NCBI GenBank assembly: GCA_965197425.1
Contig: CBDANC010000015.1
Location: 192,001-256,000 of the forward strand
Reading direction: 5' to 3'
Origin: Bdellovibrionales bacterium
GTDB taxonomy: Bacteria > Bdellovibrionota > Bdellovibrionia > Bdellovibrionales > JAUICD01
DNA length: 64,000 nucleotides
Shown: piece by piece, positions 10,767 through 20,863 of the stretch
How the letters are laid out: each line of letters starts with the position of its first letter
Numbering within the stretch: the first letter of the stretch is position 1
Made by a program: the position numbers and the translations under genes
The notes under the pieces: generated by a model
Database searches by the model: none
What the model was told of the DNA's origin: nothing
The model's input: only the letters and a program-made list of their open reading frames with translations

Positions 10767-12779
10767 ATGACTTTTAGTTTAGAAAAAATAGACAACATTG
10801 CGTTGGTAAGTATTGATGCAAAAGATGAAAAAGTAAATAAGCTTACAAAAAATGCAATGTTAGAACTAGAAGAACTTATAAAAGATGTTGATGCTGAAGC
10901 CCTGGTATTTATATCTAAAAAATCAGGATTTATTGCAGGAGCTGACATATCAGAGATTCAAAACTTAGATACGGAGCATAAGGCTAAGGAGCTTTCTAGT
11001 GAGGGGCAGAGAATTTTTAATATATTAGAGGATCTTAAAATACCTAGTATAGCTGCAATCAATGGGGCTTGTCTTGGCGGTGGATGTGAATTTGCGTTAG
11101 CTTGTGATTATAGAATTGCAACTAAATCATCTATCATTGGGCTTCCTGAAACTAAACTGGGTGTAGTTCCTGGTTTGGGAGGTACATTTAGATTACCAAG
11201 ACTTGTGGGTATAAAAAATGCCTTAGATATTATTTTGCCAGGTAAAAGCCTTCCAGGTAAAAAAGCACTAAAAATAGGATTAATAGATGAGCTTGTGCCA
11301 GATACAATTTTAAAAAGTCGTGCCATAGAAGTAACAAAAAAAATTAAAAAAAGAGACTATATCCTGGATCTGAAAGACAGATTACAAATGGTTTTAAAGC
11401 CAATTATCTTAAGTATTGCAAAAACAAGGGTTTTGAAAAAAGCAGGGGGCCACTACCCAGCACCACTAAAGGCACTGGAATTAGTTGGTAAAGCAAAAAT
11501 ATCAGATAGAACAAAGTCTCTAGAGCGAGAAGCGGTGGCGTTTTCCAAGCTTGCAACGGATGAGGTTGCTAAAAATTTAATAGAACTTTATTTCCAATCT
11601 AACAGGGCTAAAAAACTATTATCTAGTGATGCTAAACCAAAAGAAGTTAAAAGCATTGCTGTTATAGGTTCAGGAGTAATGGGAGGGGGTATAGCTTCTT
11701 TGGCAGCAGAAAAAAATATTGAAGCCATAATGAAGGATATAAATCTAAAAGCTTTGGCAGTGGGGTTTAAAGCTGCAAGTAGAATCTGGAAAAAAAAGAA
11801 GAAAAACAAATATCAATATCAAGGCTACATGGACAAACTCACTGGAAGCTTAGACTACTGTGGGTTCGATAGAGTAGATGTTGTTATAGAAGCTGTAGTT
11901 GAAGATATGGAAATCAAAAAGAAAGTATTAAATGAACTAAGAGAACATTGCGACGAGAACTGTATTATAGCCACAAACACTTCATCTCTTAGTGTACATG
12001 AAATGGGAGGTGGTGATAAAAATTTTGTTGGTATGCACTTTTTTAACCCAGTTCATAGAATGCCTTTAGTAGAAGTGGTTAAAACTGAAGAAACTTCCAG
12101 TGAAGCAGTCGCTATAATTTTTGCATTGGCAAAAAGAATGGGTAAAATTCCTATTATAGTAAAAGATAGTCCTGGGTTTTTAGTTAATAGACTTCTACTT
12201 CCTTACTTGAATGAAGCACTTTACTTGTTAGAAGATGGTTATTCCATAAGAACAATTGATAAATCTTTTATAAAGTTTGGTCTTCCCATGGGGCCGCTAA
12301 GACTTTTAGATGAAGTGGGGATTGATGTAGCTTCTAAAGTGGCTCATATGTTTCATAAAGCTTTTGGTGACAGAGCAAAACCATCTGAAATTATGGAAAA
12401 GATGGTTTCACTAGAAAGATTCGGTAAAAAATCAAAAAAAGGATTTTATGTACATAGTGGAAACAAAGCGCATCCTGATAATGAACTATATGAAAAGCTA
12501 GGTTTAAAACTCAAAAATTCAAGCAAATCCTCTGCTGAAGAAGAAATAACAAGCAGAGGATTGTGCGTAATGATCAATGAAGCTAGAAAAGCTTTAGAAG
12601 AAAAAGTTGTAGATGACGAATGGATACTAGATTTAGCTATGGTGATGGGCATAGGTTTTCCTCCTTTCAGGGGAGGGCTTATGAAGTATGCTAACTTACA
12701 AGGATCCGCAATCATGGAGTTTCTAGATCATTGGTTTGAAAAAACAGGGCATTCTAGATTTAAACGAACCTCAAACTAA
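10767..12779 (+). CDS. fadJ: Fatty acid oxidation complex alpha subunit (enoyl-CoA hydratase / 3-hydroxyacyl-CoA dehydrogenase)
   Basis: FIAGADI, CLGGGCEFALACDYR, GSGVMGGGIA, ATNTSSL, GMHFFNPV and PGFLVNRLL motifs. Confidence 0.92.
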   Translation: MTFSLEKIDNIALVSIDAKDEKVNKLTKNAMLELEELIKDVDAEALVFISKKSGFIAGADISEIQNLDTEHKAKELSSEGQRIFNILEDLKIPSIAAINGACLGGGCEFALACDYRIATKSSIIGLPETKLGVVPGLGGTFRLPRLVGIKNALDIILPGKSLPGKKALKIGLIDELVPDTILKSRAIEVTKKIKKRDYILDLKDRLQMVLKPIILSIAKTRVLKKAGGHYPAPLKALELVGKAKISDRTKSLEREAVAFSKLATDEVAKNLIELYFQSNRAKKLLSSDAKPKEVKSIAVIGSGVMGGGIASLAAEKNIEAIMKDINLKALAVGFKAASRIWKKKKKNKYQYQGYMDKLTGSLDYCGFDRVDVVIEAVVEDMEIKKKVLNELREHCDENCIIATNTSSLSVHEMGGGDKNFVGMHFFNPVHRMPLVEVVKTEETSSEAVAIIFALAKRMGKIPIIVKDSPGFLVNRLLLPYLNEALYLLEDGYSIRTIDKSFIKFGLPMGPLRLLDEVGIDVASKVAHMFHKAFGDRAKPSEIMEKMVSLERFGKKSKKGFYVHSGNKAHPDNELYEKLGLKLKNSSKSSAEEEITSRGLCVMINEARKALEEKVVDDEWILDLAMVMGIGFPPFRGGLMKYANLQGSAIMEFLDHWFEKTGHSRFKRTSN

Positions 12780-12787
12780 CCTGTCCT

Positions 12788-12819
12788 TGCTTGATTGCCC
12801 TACCACTTGACTACCTGAT
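12788..12819. repeat. Degenerate 8-bp tandem repeat tract directly after the four-helix-bundle stop codon
   Basis: tgcttgat tgccctac cacttgac tacctgat. Confidence 0.6.
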
Positions 12820-13112
12820 CAAGCATTCTTACACAATTTGTATAAATATCCCCCTAGAGTATTTGCTTCATTTATTAGTTTTTGGTGGTTAATGAGATTT
12901 AGTATAGCCTGTACTTCTCTAAGTGAGCCTAAGCTTATTCTATAAAACTTTCGCCTTTCTTTATTGCTGAACTTTGCACTGCCCTCTGCAAGATTTAGTA
13001 CAATGCTCAGTATAGCTCTTTGGAATTGGTTTTTAAGCGGTTCTTTTAGATATAAATTCTTAGAATTATTGTAAAATTGAACAGCTAGTTGATATGTTTT
13101 AAATTTTCTCAT
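12819..13112 (-). CDS. Four helix bundle protein (23S rRNA IVP / bAvd-like family)
   Basis: QFQRAILSIVLNLAEGSAKFSNKERRKFYRISLGSLREVQ matches the family signature. The ATG at 13112 has a GGAGG about 10 nt upstream. Confidence 0.88.
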   Translation of the reverse strand: MRKFKTYQLAVQFYNNSKNLYLKEPLKNQFQRAILSIVLNLAEGSAKFSNKERRKFYRISLGSLREVQAILNLINHQKLINEANTLGGYLYKLCKNA

Positions 13113-13155
13113 AAAAAATTTCCTCCTTACCATCTTTGATGGGAGGAAATTTTTT
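13113..13155 (-). promoter_or_regulatory. Stem-loop covering the RBS of the four-helix-bundle gene; may also act as the tamA terminator
   Basis: Perfect 14-bp inverted repeat aaaaaatttcctcc (13113-13126) / ggaggaaatttttt (13142-13155), with an inner ccatc/gatgg pair. Confidence 0.6.
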
Positions 13156-13179
13156 TAGAAAATTTAATTAATCATCGGA

Positions 13180-13211
13180 TCCCTGATTTCCTGAGTGCCG
13201 GACTGCCTGAT
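13180..13211. repeat. Degenerate 8-bp tandem repeat tract directly after the tamA-like stop codon
   Basis: tccctgat ttcctgag tgccggac tgcctgat. Confidence 0.65.
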
Positions 13212-15526
13212 CAGAACATGCCTATTGAAAAGTGAACTCTACTTCCATCTGTAGAAAGTCCATCAGCCCAACTCAGTCTCCATCCATACTCTAAACTAAC
13301 AGGACCGACTGGTGTGGAAAATCTTAACCCCAAACCTACAGAGTCTCGATATGATTTTTCAAAATCAATTCCATCGATTAGTACACTACCACCATCATAG
13401 AAAAAGACACCACCAAATAACCCAGAAATAGGAAACCTTAACTCAGTTTTTATTAAATAGAAAATACTTGTGTCATGAATGGGTAAGACACCTAAAGAGT
13501 CACTGGGAAACTCAGATCGATCTGGGATTGAATTTAACTCAAACCCTCTAATAGTAGATCTTCCACCTAAAAAGAATCCTTTAGATTCTGGTATTACTAA
13601 TGAAGAATCACTTACATTTGCAAGGTAACCACCTGATAAAACTTGTGCAAATACAACTTTTCCCACGGGTACATAATAGTTAAAACTTCCAGTTAAACGA
13701 TAATACTTATAATCTGCATTGTTTAGATTAAGACCTAGAAAAGGAGAAGAATACTCAAAAGAAGATTGATAATACCAGCCTCTAGTAGGATCAAAAGGAT
13801 GGTCTCTAAAGTCGAGTTCTATAGAAGGGCCTGTTGATCCTGTAATTGTAGATTCACTTTCTTCCGTGTCATTAACATATCTAAATAAAGTAGAGTTCTC
13901 AAAATTCCATAGGCCATAGGAAAAGCTAGATCTTTCATGAAACTTAAGCTCTAAGCCTGTATTAAAAGCAATTTTATCTTCTACTACTATTCCATCAGAT
14001 TCTTGTCTGTTTACAGAGATAATATTTTTTTCTTTTGTTACACCAACTCTACTTCCAACTTTCCAGTCAAAGATATATGGTTCACGATACCCTAAACCAA
14101 TCTCATGTTCCAAAACACCTGCTTCATCCTGAGTTAGAGCTTTTTGTAGCTCAAAGTGACCACTAACTCTTCTGGCAGTCCCAAAGATGTTGTCATAATA
14201 TATATTACTAAAACCTCTTAAGGTTAAGTTGTACTCATCACTTATACCCACACCAAGATTAAATACACCAGGATCCTTTTCTGTCACCTCTATTCGTACA
14301 TCCACTTTGCCGGGCTCATTGGTTTCTACAGTTGTGATATCTGCTCTGGTAAACAAGCCAGTTCTTAAAAGTATTTGTCTATTTTGATCTATTTTTTTTG
14401 GACTTAGAGATCCACCTTTCTTAAAATTTATTTCATTTAAGATGACATGATTTTTTGTTTTTGAGTTACCCTCAATAATAATATCATTTACGCTGACTTC
14501 ATAGCCTTCGTTAATATCAATTGTGATTGTAGCTAATCTTTGGCTACGATTATATTGTACAACTTGATCAATGTTGTTAAATTCCATGTTTAGGAAAGAT
14601 CTATCAGTGTAATACTGTTTTACATCTGCAAGTGACTGTTCAAGCTTAGATATATTTAACTTATCCTGAGGTTTTATGTCTAAAAGTTCTTCTAATACTT
14701 TTTTCTCAAACTTTTGGTTTCCAACTATATTGATCTTCTCCACATATGTTGCAAATCCTTCATCTATTACTATCTGTACATTTACAACTTCCTGTGATTT
14801 GGCAAACTCTTCTGATATTGATCTAAGCTCTGCGTACAAATATCCTTTGTATACAAGGTCTAGTAATAAAGCCTCTACTCCTTCATTTATATTCCCTCTG
14901 TAATACCCACCAAAACTTTTTTGCAAGCTAGAATTATGTTGTTCTATAAAAGCAGCAAAAGTTTTGGCGTTATCAGGATTGTTACTTATAACGGTAAGCC
15001 TGCCCAGCCTTGAGAATACTCCGGGCTTAATGTTGAAAACCAAGTTGGTGTTAAAATCGGATATCTTTATTTTGTATGTTGCTTGAACGTTGCTGTAGCC
15101 ATACTCCCTATATAGTTTGATTACTTTTTCTTTTGTATATGTGGCAGGGTCGGATAACTGCTCATTATAGTTTGTCCAATCCAAAGCTTCTCTGATCCTA
15201 CCAACTCCTACTATATCTGAATCTTCATTTTCTATGTTAAAATAAGCCTTTAGTCTATATGGGTTTTTAATAGTAAATTTTAAATTGTTTAGAACTGTTT
15301 TATCTAACACTACAGAAGAGGAAAAATATTCATTATCTTGCAAATAAGTTTTTATTTTATCCGAGATCTCTTGGTCCATACCATCAGAGTAAGTTTGTGT
15401 ACTATACGTACTGGTTAGTTTTATCAGTTCAGAATATAGTTTTGGATTCTCTGTTTCTATTTGTACGTTGACTGAGGCATTTGCATGAACTGCCTGTGTA
15501 ATTAGTATAAATATTATATTTATCAC
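13211..15526 (-). CDS. Omp85 family outer membrane protein (BamA/TamA-like) with POTRA domains
   Basis: POTRA motifs (IIIEGNSKTKNHVILNE), FFLGGRSTIRGF, GLGLRFSTPVGPVSLEYG and a terminal Phe; adjacent to tamB. Confidence 0.9.
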   Translation of the reverse strand: MINIIFILITQAVHANASVNVQIETENPKLYSELIKLTSTYSTQTYSDGMDQEISDKIKTYLQDNEYFSSSVVLDKTVLNNLKFTIKNPYRLKAYFNIENEDSDIVGVGRIREALDWTNYNEQLSDPATYTKEKVIKLYREYGYSNVQATYKIKISDFNTNLVFNIKPGVFSRLGRLTVISNNPDNAKTFAAFIEQHNSSLQKSFGGYYRGNINEGVEALLLDLVYKGYLYAELRSISEEFAKSQEVVNVQIVIDEGFATYVEKINIVGNQKFEKKVLEELLDIKPQDKLNISKLEQSLADVKQYYTDRSFLNMEFNNIDQVVQYNRSQRLATITIDINEGYEVSVNDIIIEGNSKTKNHVILNEINFKKGGSLSPKKIDQNRQILLRTGLFTRADITTVETNEPGKVDVRIEVTEKDPGVFNLGVGISDEYNLTLRGFSNIYYDNIFGTARRVSGHFELQKALTQDEAGVLEHEIGLGYREPYIFDWKVGSRVGVTKEKNIISVNRQESDGIVVEDKIAFNTGLELKFHERSSFSYGLWNFENSTLFRYVNDTEESESTITGSTGPSIELDFRDHPFDPTRGWYYQSSFEYSSPFLGLNLNNADYKYYRLTGSFNYYVPVGKVVFAQVLSGGYLANVSDSSLVIPESKGFFLGGRSTIRGFELNSIPDRSEFPSDSLGVLPIHDTSIFYLIKTELRFPISGLFGGVFFYDGGSVLIDGIDFEKSYRDSVGLGLRFSTPVGPVSLEYGWRLSWADGLSTDGSRVHFSIGMF

Positions 15527-18500
15527 TTAAAATAAACCTGGTATTTAAGATCCAACCCTAATACATTATTGTCTCTTTCATCTTGACTAATCAAGTTTGT
15601 GTCGCCTTCTTCTGGCTCTAATTCTTCATAGTTTCCTGTGATTGACAAATTATTGCTAAGTTTATATTCAACTCTCATATCTGATGTTTGGGAGTTTCCA
15701 AGTCTTCTGCTAAGTATTGTGCTTATTTTATCATTCCACTGTTTTTTTAGTACTATTTTTGGTGTTGATTCAATTACATTTTCTTCACCTGTCTCTTCCA
15801 TTTCAGTTGATAGTTTGACATCCACTCCAGTTTTTTCTTTAAGTACCTTATTTAATACATTTTGACTTAGAATACTTGTAGATACATTAAGTGCCTGACT
15901 TTGTATTTTAGTTTCAATGTCAATATTGTCGGTTTCATCAGTTACATCACCAACAGCTAATAAGTTTACTATATCGAAATGGCCCAAATTAGTGTTACTA
16001 GTGAATGATATGTCGGGTTCATCCACATTACCGCGTACATACATTGTTATTGTATGTTCCTTGAATGTGGTAGTAGCTTCTAAATATATGTCGGGGTTTA
16101 TTTCGTATCCACCTTTAAAGTCTAGTCTTGCTACATTGACTAAAAACTCATTGTTATTAATTTTTATTATACTATCTCTTTTAAGGTCTACTCTTCCTAG
16201 TAATTTTGGATAAGCAGGTTGTCCTTTTATATACAGTCTTCCAGTGAAATCTCCCTCTACCATAGAGTTGTTGATAATTGCATCATCATCAAACTCAGAT
16301 ATAATATTCATTTGTATAGGCCCTACTAATCTTTCTCTATAAGATGTGGGTAAAAATACATTGCTAGAGTAAAGTTCATTTGTTTCTGACTCATCAAACT
16401 CTGCTACAAATCTAACACTACTGGTATCATAAGTTCCTTCAAATAAAAATGGAAACCATGAACCAGATATTTTGACATTAGCATCTCCTTTGGTCTCCAC
16501 CCCCTCTGGTATATTTAGGTTTACATTTTTTAATTGGAGATCAATTTGTGTTGGAAGATTTTTAAGTCCAAGCAATGCAATATTTCCTTTAGCGTGAGCT
16601 GTACCCGAAGCAAAGTCTGCTGTTGCTTTGTCTATATTAATTTGGTTTTTAGAAAAACTAATCTGACCAAATAAGTTTTCAACAGAGTGAGGAATATCTT
16701 TGACATCTAAAAATCCATTTCTAATGGATCCATGTCCATTAAGACGAACATCGCCTCTTTTTCCTCTGAAGCTACAAGCTATATCAAGCATTCCTCTGAT
16801 ATTGTCTAAAAATGGGGTTAAAAATGAAAATAAATCAGGATCAATGCTCCCAGCTAGTGACATATTTAGAAAATTCTTTCTAGAATTATTGGAGCGAAAG
16901 ATTAGTCTTTGCCCACTATCATTGCCATTTAACGCTATAACTCCATTGGTCATGCCGTTATCGAAAACAATTTTAGCATTTTTAGCTACAAGTTCTTTTG
17001 AGTTTTTACTAATGTTCATGTCGAATATATCTATTTTTCCGTCTGCATTCCATAGCCAGTCAGATTTTGATTCAACATCTATATCTGTGGTTAGAAAGGA
17101 ACTATGTTGACTGATGTCAGCCCCAAAAACAGAAAGGTAGGGTGTAAAATCCCATCTATTAGCCTGTAAACTTAGTTCAAATGGAAAATCACTAGAATAT
17201 GGTATGTTGGAATATATCTTGAGTGAATTGTCACTTGTGTCCAATGACAAAAATAAATTGTTACTGGTTATTTGCATACCGTAGTCTATGCCAGGCATTG
17301 CTTTATTATAAGATCTTATGTCGTCTATTTTGCCATCTAGTCTTGTTGTGGGGCTTAAAACATGACCTTTCATTGTTAGTCTGGATGTATTTTTTCCCGA
17401 CAAATTTAAGCCTGTCTTTTTTAGAATTTGACTATCCTCTAACATAAAATTGTTGGCAATAGCCACCAAGTCTATAGTTCCATCAGGGCTACCAGTTCCA
17501 TCTAACTTTACTAATCCGTTTCTTTTTTTCAATTCAACTTGTTCTGTTTCTACATTTCCTTCAATTGCTTTAATGTTAAAAACTAATTCATCAAAATATT
17601 CTCCGGCTATAACTCCATTTTTTATATTGCTTGTAAGAGTATAGTTTAGGCGATTGAATTGAAGTGGTCCATCTAAATTTATTTTGGCCTGACCTCTTCC
17701 AAATGCATCAAATGGTAGCTTCACGATTCTGTCAAAAACATTAATAAGCTCTGAAGTTTCAAACTCCAAAACTTCTCCTTCCAATGAGATTGTTTTATCC
17801 TCAAGATCAACCCTAACATCAGCATTGTACTTTGATATATCTATTGACCCATTTATGTTATTAAAAAATAGAGTTCTGTTTGTATAAGAAAAATCCAATT
17901 CAGCATCATTTAACAAATAATCATCCAACCAAAAATCTTTTACTCCCAGATCTATATCAAATGATGCAGTTTTTGAATTTCCTTCAATAGCACCTGATCC
18001 TGCTATAACTCCCTCTAGTTTTAATCCGGCAACATTATTTTTTATAGCATTTAAGTTAAATTCTTCTGCTGCATAGGAAAAGTTAAAACCACTGTCAAAA
18101 TTTATAATGCCATCTGCATCTAGTCTGTTTCCATCGATATCTAATTTGCCGTTTATTTCAATTTTTTCTTTATCTATAGATAAACTGCCAAGCACTTGAG
18201 TGTTTCTTAATGCCACAATAGTTTTCTTTTTGTTATTTACAATAAAATCTGTTAGCACTAATGATCCATCGTTACATATGGTTATAAAGTTGTCGTACCT
18301 CATCTCACAATCTAGATTGCCCACCACAGAACCTCTTATTGGTGCATTAACTTTCAAGCTCTTCAGAAATGGGTTTAGGCTTAAAGAATGTATATCTAAA
18401 TTAAATCTAAGGGTGTCTTTTTGATTGGCATCTATAAAAGTAGTTCTTAGATCTGAGCCTCTATTTTGTAATCTAGCTCTTCGTATGTTCAATTGGTCGT

Positions 18501-19461
18501 TTATCCTAGTACCAGCAATATTTAATTTTCCTAAATCTCTCCCATCTATTTTTAAATCTTCAAAATCATTGTTAAATGACCAGTAAGTACCCTCGACATC
18601 ACTGCCGAAGTTAATGTTTGATTGTATATGTCCATCTAGTGTAGGAAGTTTTGCTATACGATTTGTTTTTAATAAAATATCTCTTATAATTTCCAGATTT
18701 GAGTCTAATTCTAATTCTAGATTTGACTCTAGGATTTTACTTTCATTAGCATTATTTACTTCACCAAAAATATTAGCATGTATTATATTATCTTTTGATG
18801 TAGAGAAATTTTCTATGTACAGCCTATCCTTAAAAATGCTAAATGTAGATAACAAATTTATTTTATCTAAATTTAAATTCAATTTTTGAATATTGAGATC
18901 GAATCTGGAACTTATATCAAAATCTATCGATCTAAATCTATGTTGAGCTTTCAAAAATATATCTGCTGTAAATTTGTCTTTTCCTCTTGTTACTTCAACT
19001 TTACTTTTTTCAAGAGTGATAGAGGCAATAGGAGTGACAGCTAAATATTTTGATAGCTTTGCTGAGTACAGTTCCAATTGCTTTTTTCTGGGTTTTAGCG
19101 AACTTCTTTTACTTGTTCTTTTAGTTTTTGGTAGTTCTATTGGAATCACAGCATCTGACGCTATAATTTTTATTAATCTTAAGTTCGATTTTCTAAATTG
19201 AAAATTAGGTATCAGAGATATCTGTTCTATGTAAGTATTTTTTGGCTGATCTTTTATATTAAGCTCAACTTGTTTTAGGTGTATACCTAATGGAAGTATG
19301 TTGATCTTTATGTCTTTTGGTATTATGTGAACATTGTGATCAGATGTTCTGCTGGCTATTTTTTTTGCAAGATAATATTCTAGATTTGGTTTCAGTCCTA
19401 AGAAGAATAGGCTAATTAACCATACTAAAACTAAAACACCAAAGATCTTTTTTTTGGTCAA
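15523..19461 (-). CDS. tamB: Translocation/assembly module TamB-like (AsmA-like) protein
   Basis: 1312 aa with an N-terminal TM, a beta-rich body and a DUF490-like C-terminus (GNVDEPDISFTS...IVNLLAVG); overlaps the Omp85 gene start. Confidence 0.8.
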   Translation of the reverse strand: MTKKKIFGVLVLVWLISLFFLGLKPNLEYYLAKKIASRTSDHNVHIIPKDIKINILPLGIHLKQVELNIKDQPKNTYIEQISLIPNFQFRKSNLRLIKIIASDAVIPIELPKTKRTSKRSSLKPRKKQLELYSAKLSKYLAVTPIASITLEKSKVEVTRGKDKFTADIFLKAQHRFRSIDFDISSRFDLNIQKLNLNLDKINLLSTFSIFKDRLYIENFSTSKDNIIHANIFGEVNNANESKILESNLELELDSNLEIIRDILLKTNRIAKLPTLDGHIQSNINFGSDVEGTYWSFNNDFEDLKIDGRDLGKLNIAGTRINDQLNIRRARLQNRGSDLRTTFIDANQKDTLRFNLDIHSLSLNPFLKSLKVNAPIRGSVVGNLDCEMRYDNFITICNDGSLVLTDFIVNNKKKTIVALRNTQVLGSLSIDKEKIEINGKLDIDGNRLDADGIINFDSGFNFSYAAEEFNLNAIKNNVAGLKLEGVIAGSGAIEGNSKTASFDIDLGVKDFWLDDYLLNDAELDFSYTNRTLFFNNINGSIDISKYNADVRVDLEDKTISLEGEVLEFETSELINVFDRIVKLPFDAFGRGQAKINLDGPLQFNRLNYTLTSNIKNGVIAGEYFDELVFNIKAIEGNVETEQVELKKRNGLVKLDGTGSPDGTIDLVAIANNFMLEDSQILKKTGLNLSGKNTSRLTMKGHVLSPTTRLDGKIDDIRSYNKAMPGIDYGMQITSNNLFLSLDTSDNSLKIYSNIPYSSDFPFELSLQANRWDFTPYLSVFGADISQHSSFLTTDIDVESKSDWLWNADGKIDIFDMNISKNSKELVAKNAKIVFDNGMTNGVIALNGNDSGQRLIFRSNNSRKNFLNMSLAGSIDPDLFSFLTPFLDNIRGMLDIACSFRGKRGDVRLNGHGSIRNGFLDVKDIPHSVENLFGQISFSKNQINIDKATADFASGTAHAKGNIALLGLKNLPTQIDLQLKNVNLNIPEGVETKGDANVKISGSWFPFLFEGTYDTSSVRFVAEFDESETNELYSSNVFLPTSYRERLVGPIQMNIISEFDDDAIINNSMVEGDFTGRLYIKGQPAYPKLLGRVDLKRDSIIKINNNEFLVNVARLDFKGGYEINPDIYLEATTTFKEHTITMYVRGNVDEPDISFTSNTNLGHFDIVNLLAVGDVTDETDNIDIETKIQSQALNVSTSILSQNVLNKVLKEKTGVDVKLSTEMEETGEENVIESTPKIVLKKQWNDKISTILSRRLGNSQTSDMRVEYKLSNNLSITGNYEELEPEEGDTNLISQDERDNNVLGLDLKYQVYFK

Positions 19462-19916
19462 CTTTCCACCTTCTTATTCCATCTGAATAGTAGGGACTGA
19501 GCGTCTCTGAAATCAGGATTTTGGGATATTATCTCTGACATTAAACTTCTTGCCTTACGTTTTTTCCCTAATCCCCAAAGACATTTGGCCCTTGTGTATA
19601 TTACAGTTAGTATTGCCTCTGAGTCTACGGCATATTTTTCTAAAAGCACATCTGTGTGAGACAATGCATCGATGTATTGACCGTCTTCATAATAAGCTTC
19701 CAATTTTAAAAAATGTGAGGCCTTGCTATCCAATGTGTTAAGTATACTAAGAGACTCTTTGTATGCATCCATTGTGTAAAGACAGATAGCCAGATCATAT
19801 GCTGAGTTTGGATATTTTTTGACTGCACTTAAAATAGCTAGAGACAAGGCTCCATCGGACCCTTCGGGCTGCTCAGAGTTTGATTCAACTTTTAAAACTT
19901 GAGATTTCATAAACAT
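19458..19916 (-). CDS. Tetratricopeptide repeat protein
   Basis: Helical repeats YDLAICLY and YTRAKCLWGLG...NPDFRDAQ. Confidence 0.7.
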   Translation of the reverse strand: MFMKSQVLKVESNSEQPEGSDGALSLAILSAVKKYPNSAYDLAICLYTMDAYKESLSILNTLDSKASHFLKLEAYYEDGQYIDALSHTDVLLEKYAVDSEAILTVIYTRAKCLWGLGKKRKARSLMSEIISQNPDFRDAQSLLFRWNKKVES

Positions 19917-19994
19917 TTAATTACACAAAGACAATGGAACTTATCGGAAAAAATCATTGAGATTATGAGCATTTATACTACGAATTTTTAATTA

Positions 19995-20058
19995 AAGGTC
20001 TTCCGAACGAGGTCAATAAAGTGAACTTGTTTACTTTTTGACCTAGTGGTTGCCCAGC
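19995..20058 (+). repeat. AAGGT-headed palindromic (REP-like) element, complete copy
   Basis: aaggtcttccgaacg-[aggtcaataaagtgaac / gtttactttttgacct hairpin]-agtggttgcccagc; same ends as 39720-39788. Confidence 0.75.
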
Positions 20059-20087
20059 ACTGGAACAAGATGCCGATTCCGTCACGC

Positions 20088-20269
20088 AAGGTCTTCCCCA
20101 ATACTGATTGAACCTGGCAACAAGTTGGCTATGCCGACTTTTGCCAGGGGAATTACGTTTCGACACAGTCACTTAAGAACCTGCCAAGGCTTCACCTACT
20201 TCTTTTTGCCGAGTGGTTCCTTCCTGGTGGATCTCACAGCTAACCCTGCTACTTACCTGGTTGCCCAGC
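20088..20269 (+). repeat. Compound/nested version of the REP-like element
   Basis: Starts aaggtcttcc and ends tggttgcccagc; contains the hairpin cctggcaacaagttggc-tat-gccgacttttgccagg and a right-half copy cctacttctttttgccgagtggtt. Confidence 0.65.
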
Positions 20270-20296
20270 TATACACGTGTACATCAAACTCATCTC

Positions 20297-20860
20297 TTAC
20301 TGTCTGCCCATGTACTTTCCGGTTCGGGTATCTACCCTTACGGTGTCTCCTTCGTTGATGTGAAGTGGGACGTTCATCACCAGCCCTGTGTTCATTGTGG
20401 CTGGCTTTAGGGTTCTACCAGTAGCAGAATTGCCTTTAACCCCCGGATCTGATTTTTCAACTACTAGATTAACTTGGTTTGGTACCTCTATATCAACTAC
20501 TCTTTGATTGAAAATTACCGCACTAACCTCCAGGTTTTCAGTCAAATAGCCTTTGGCCTCACCAACTTGATCCTCTGTCAAAGTATGTTGGTCAAAGTCA
20601 GTTTGGTTCATAAAAACATACTGGTTGCCAGAATCCTTATATAGGAACAACATATCCTTTGATACTACATCTGGAATTCCAAACTTTTCTCCAGATTTAA
20701 ATGTTCTATCTAGATTGGCATTGGTAATCATATTTTTTAGTTTGGTTCTGATGAATGCTCCCCCCTTTCCAGGCTTTACATGTTGAAAATCCAACACAAT
20801 ATGAGGATCATCATTAAAAAGTATCCTTAGTCCTTTTTTAAAGTCACTTGTTTCGTACAT
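20297..20860 (-). CDS. efp: Elongation factor P
   Basis: QHVKPGKGGAFIRTKLKN, TFKSGEK and VDTRTGKY motifs. Confidence 0.97.
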   Translation of the reverse strand: MYETSDFKKGLRILFNDDPHIVLDFQHVKPGKGGAFIRTKLKNMITNANLDRTFKSGEKFGIPDVVSKDMLFLYKDSGNQYVFMNQTDFDQHTLTEDQVGEAKGYLTENLEVSAVIFNQRVVDIEVPNQVNLVVEKSDPGVKGNSATGRTLKPATMNTGLVMNVPLHINEGDTVRVDTRTGKYMGRQ

Positions 20861-20863
20861 ATT

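Noticed and set aside
12819..13112. Diversity-generating retroelement (Avd-like gene plus variable repeat proteins)
   Set aside because: No reverse transcriptase in the window and no template/variable repeat pair with adenine-restricted differences was seen.
19978..20410. Short ORFs 19978-20172, 20050-20358 and 20213-20410
   Set aside because: They overlap the palindromic element cluster and efp, have atypical composition and show no motifs.
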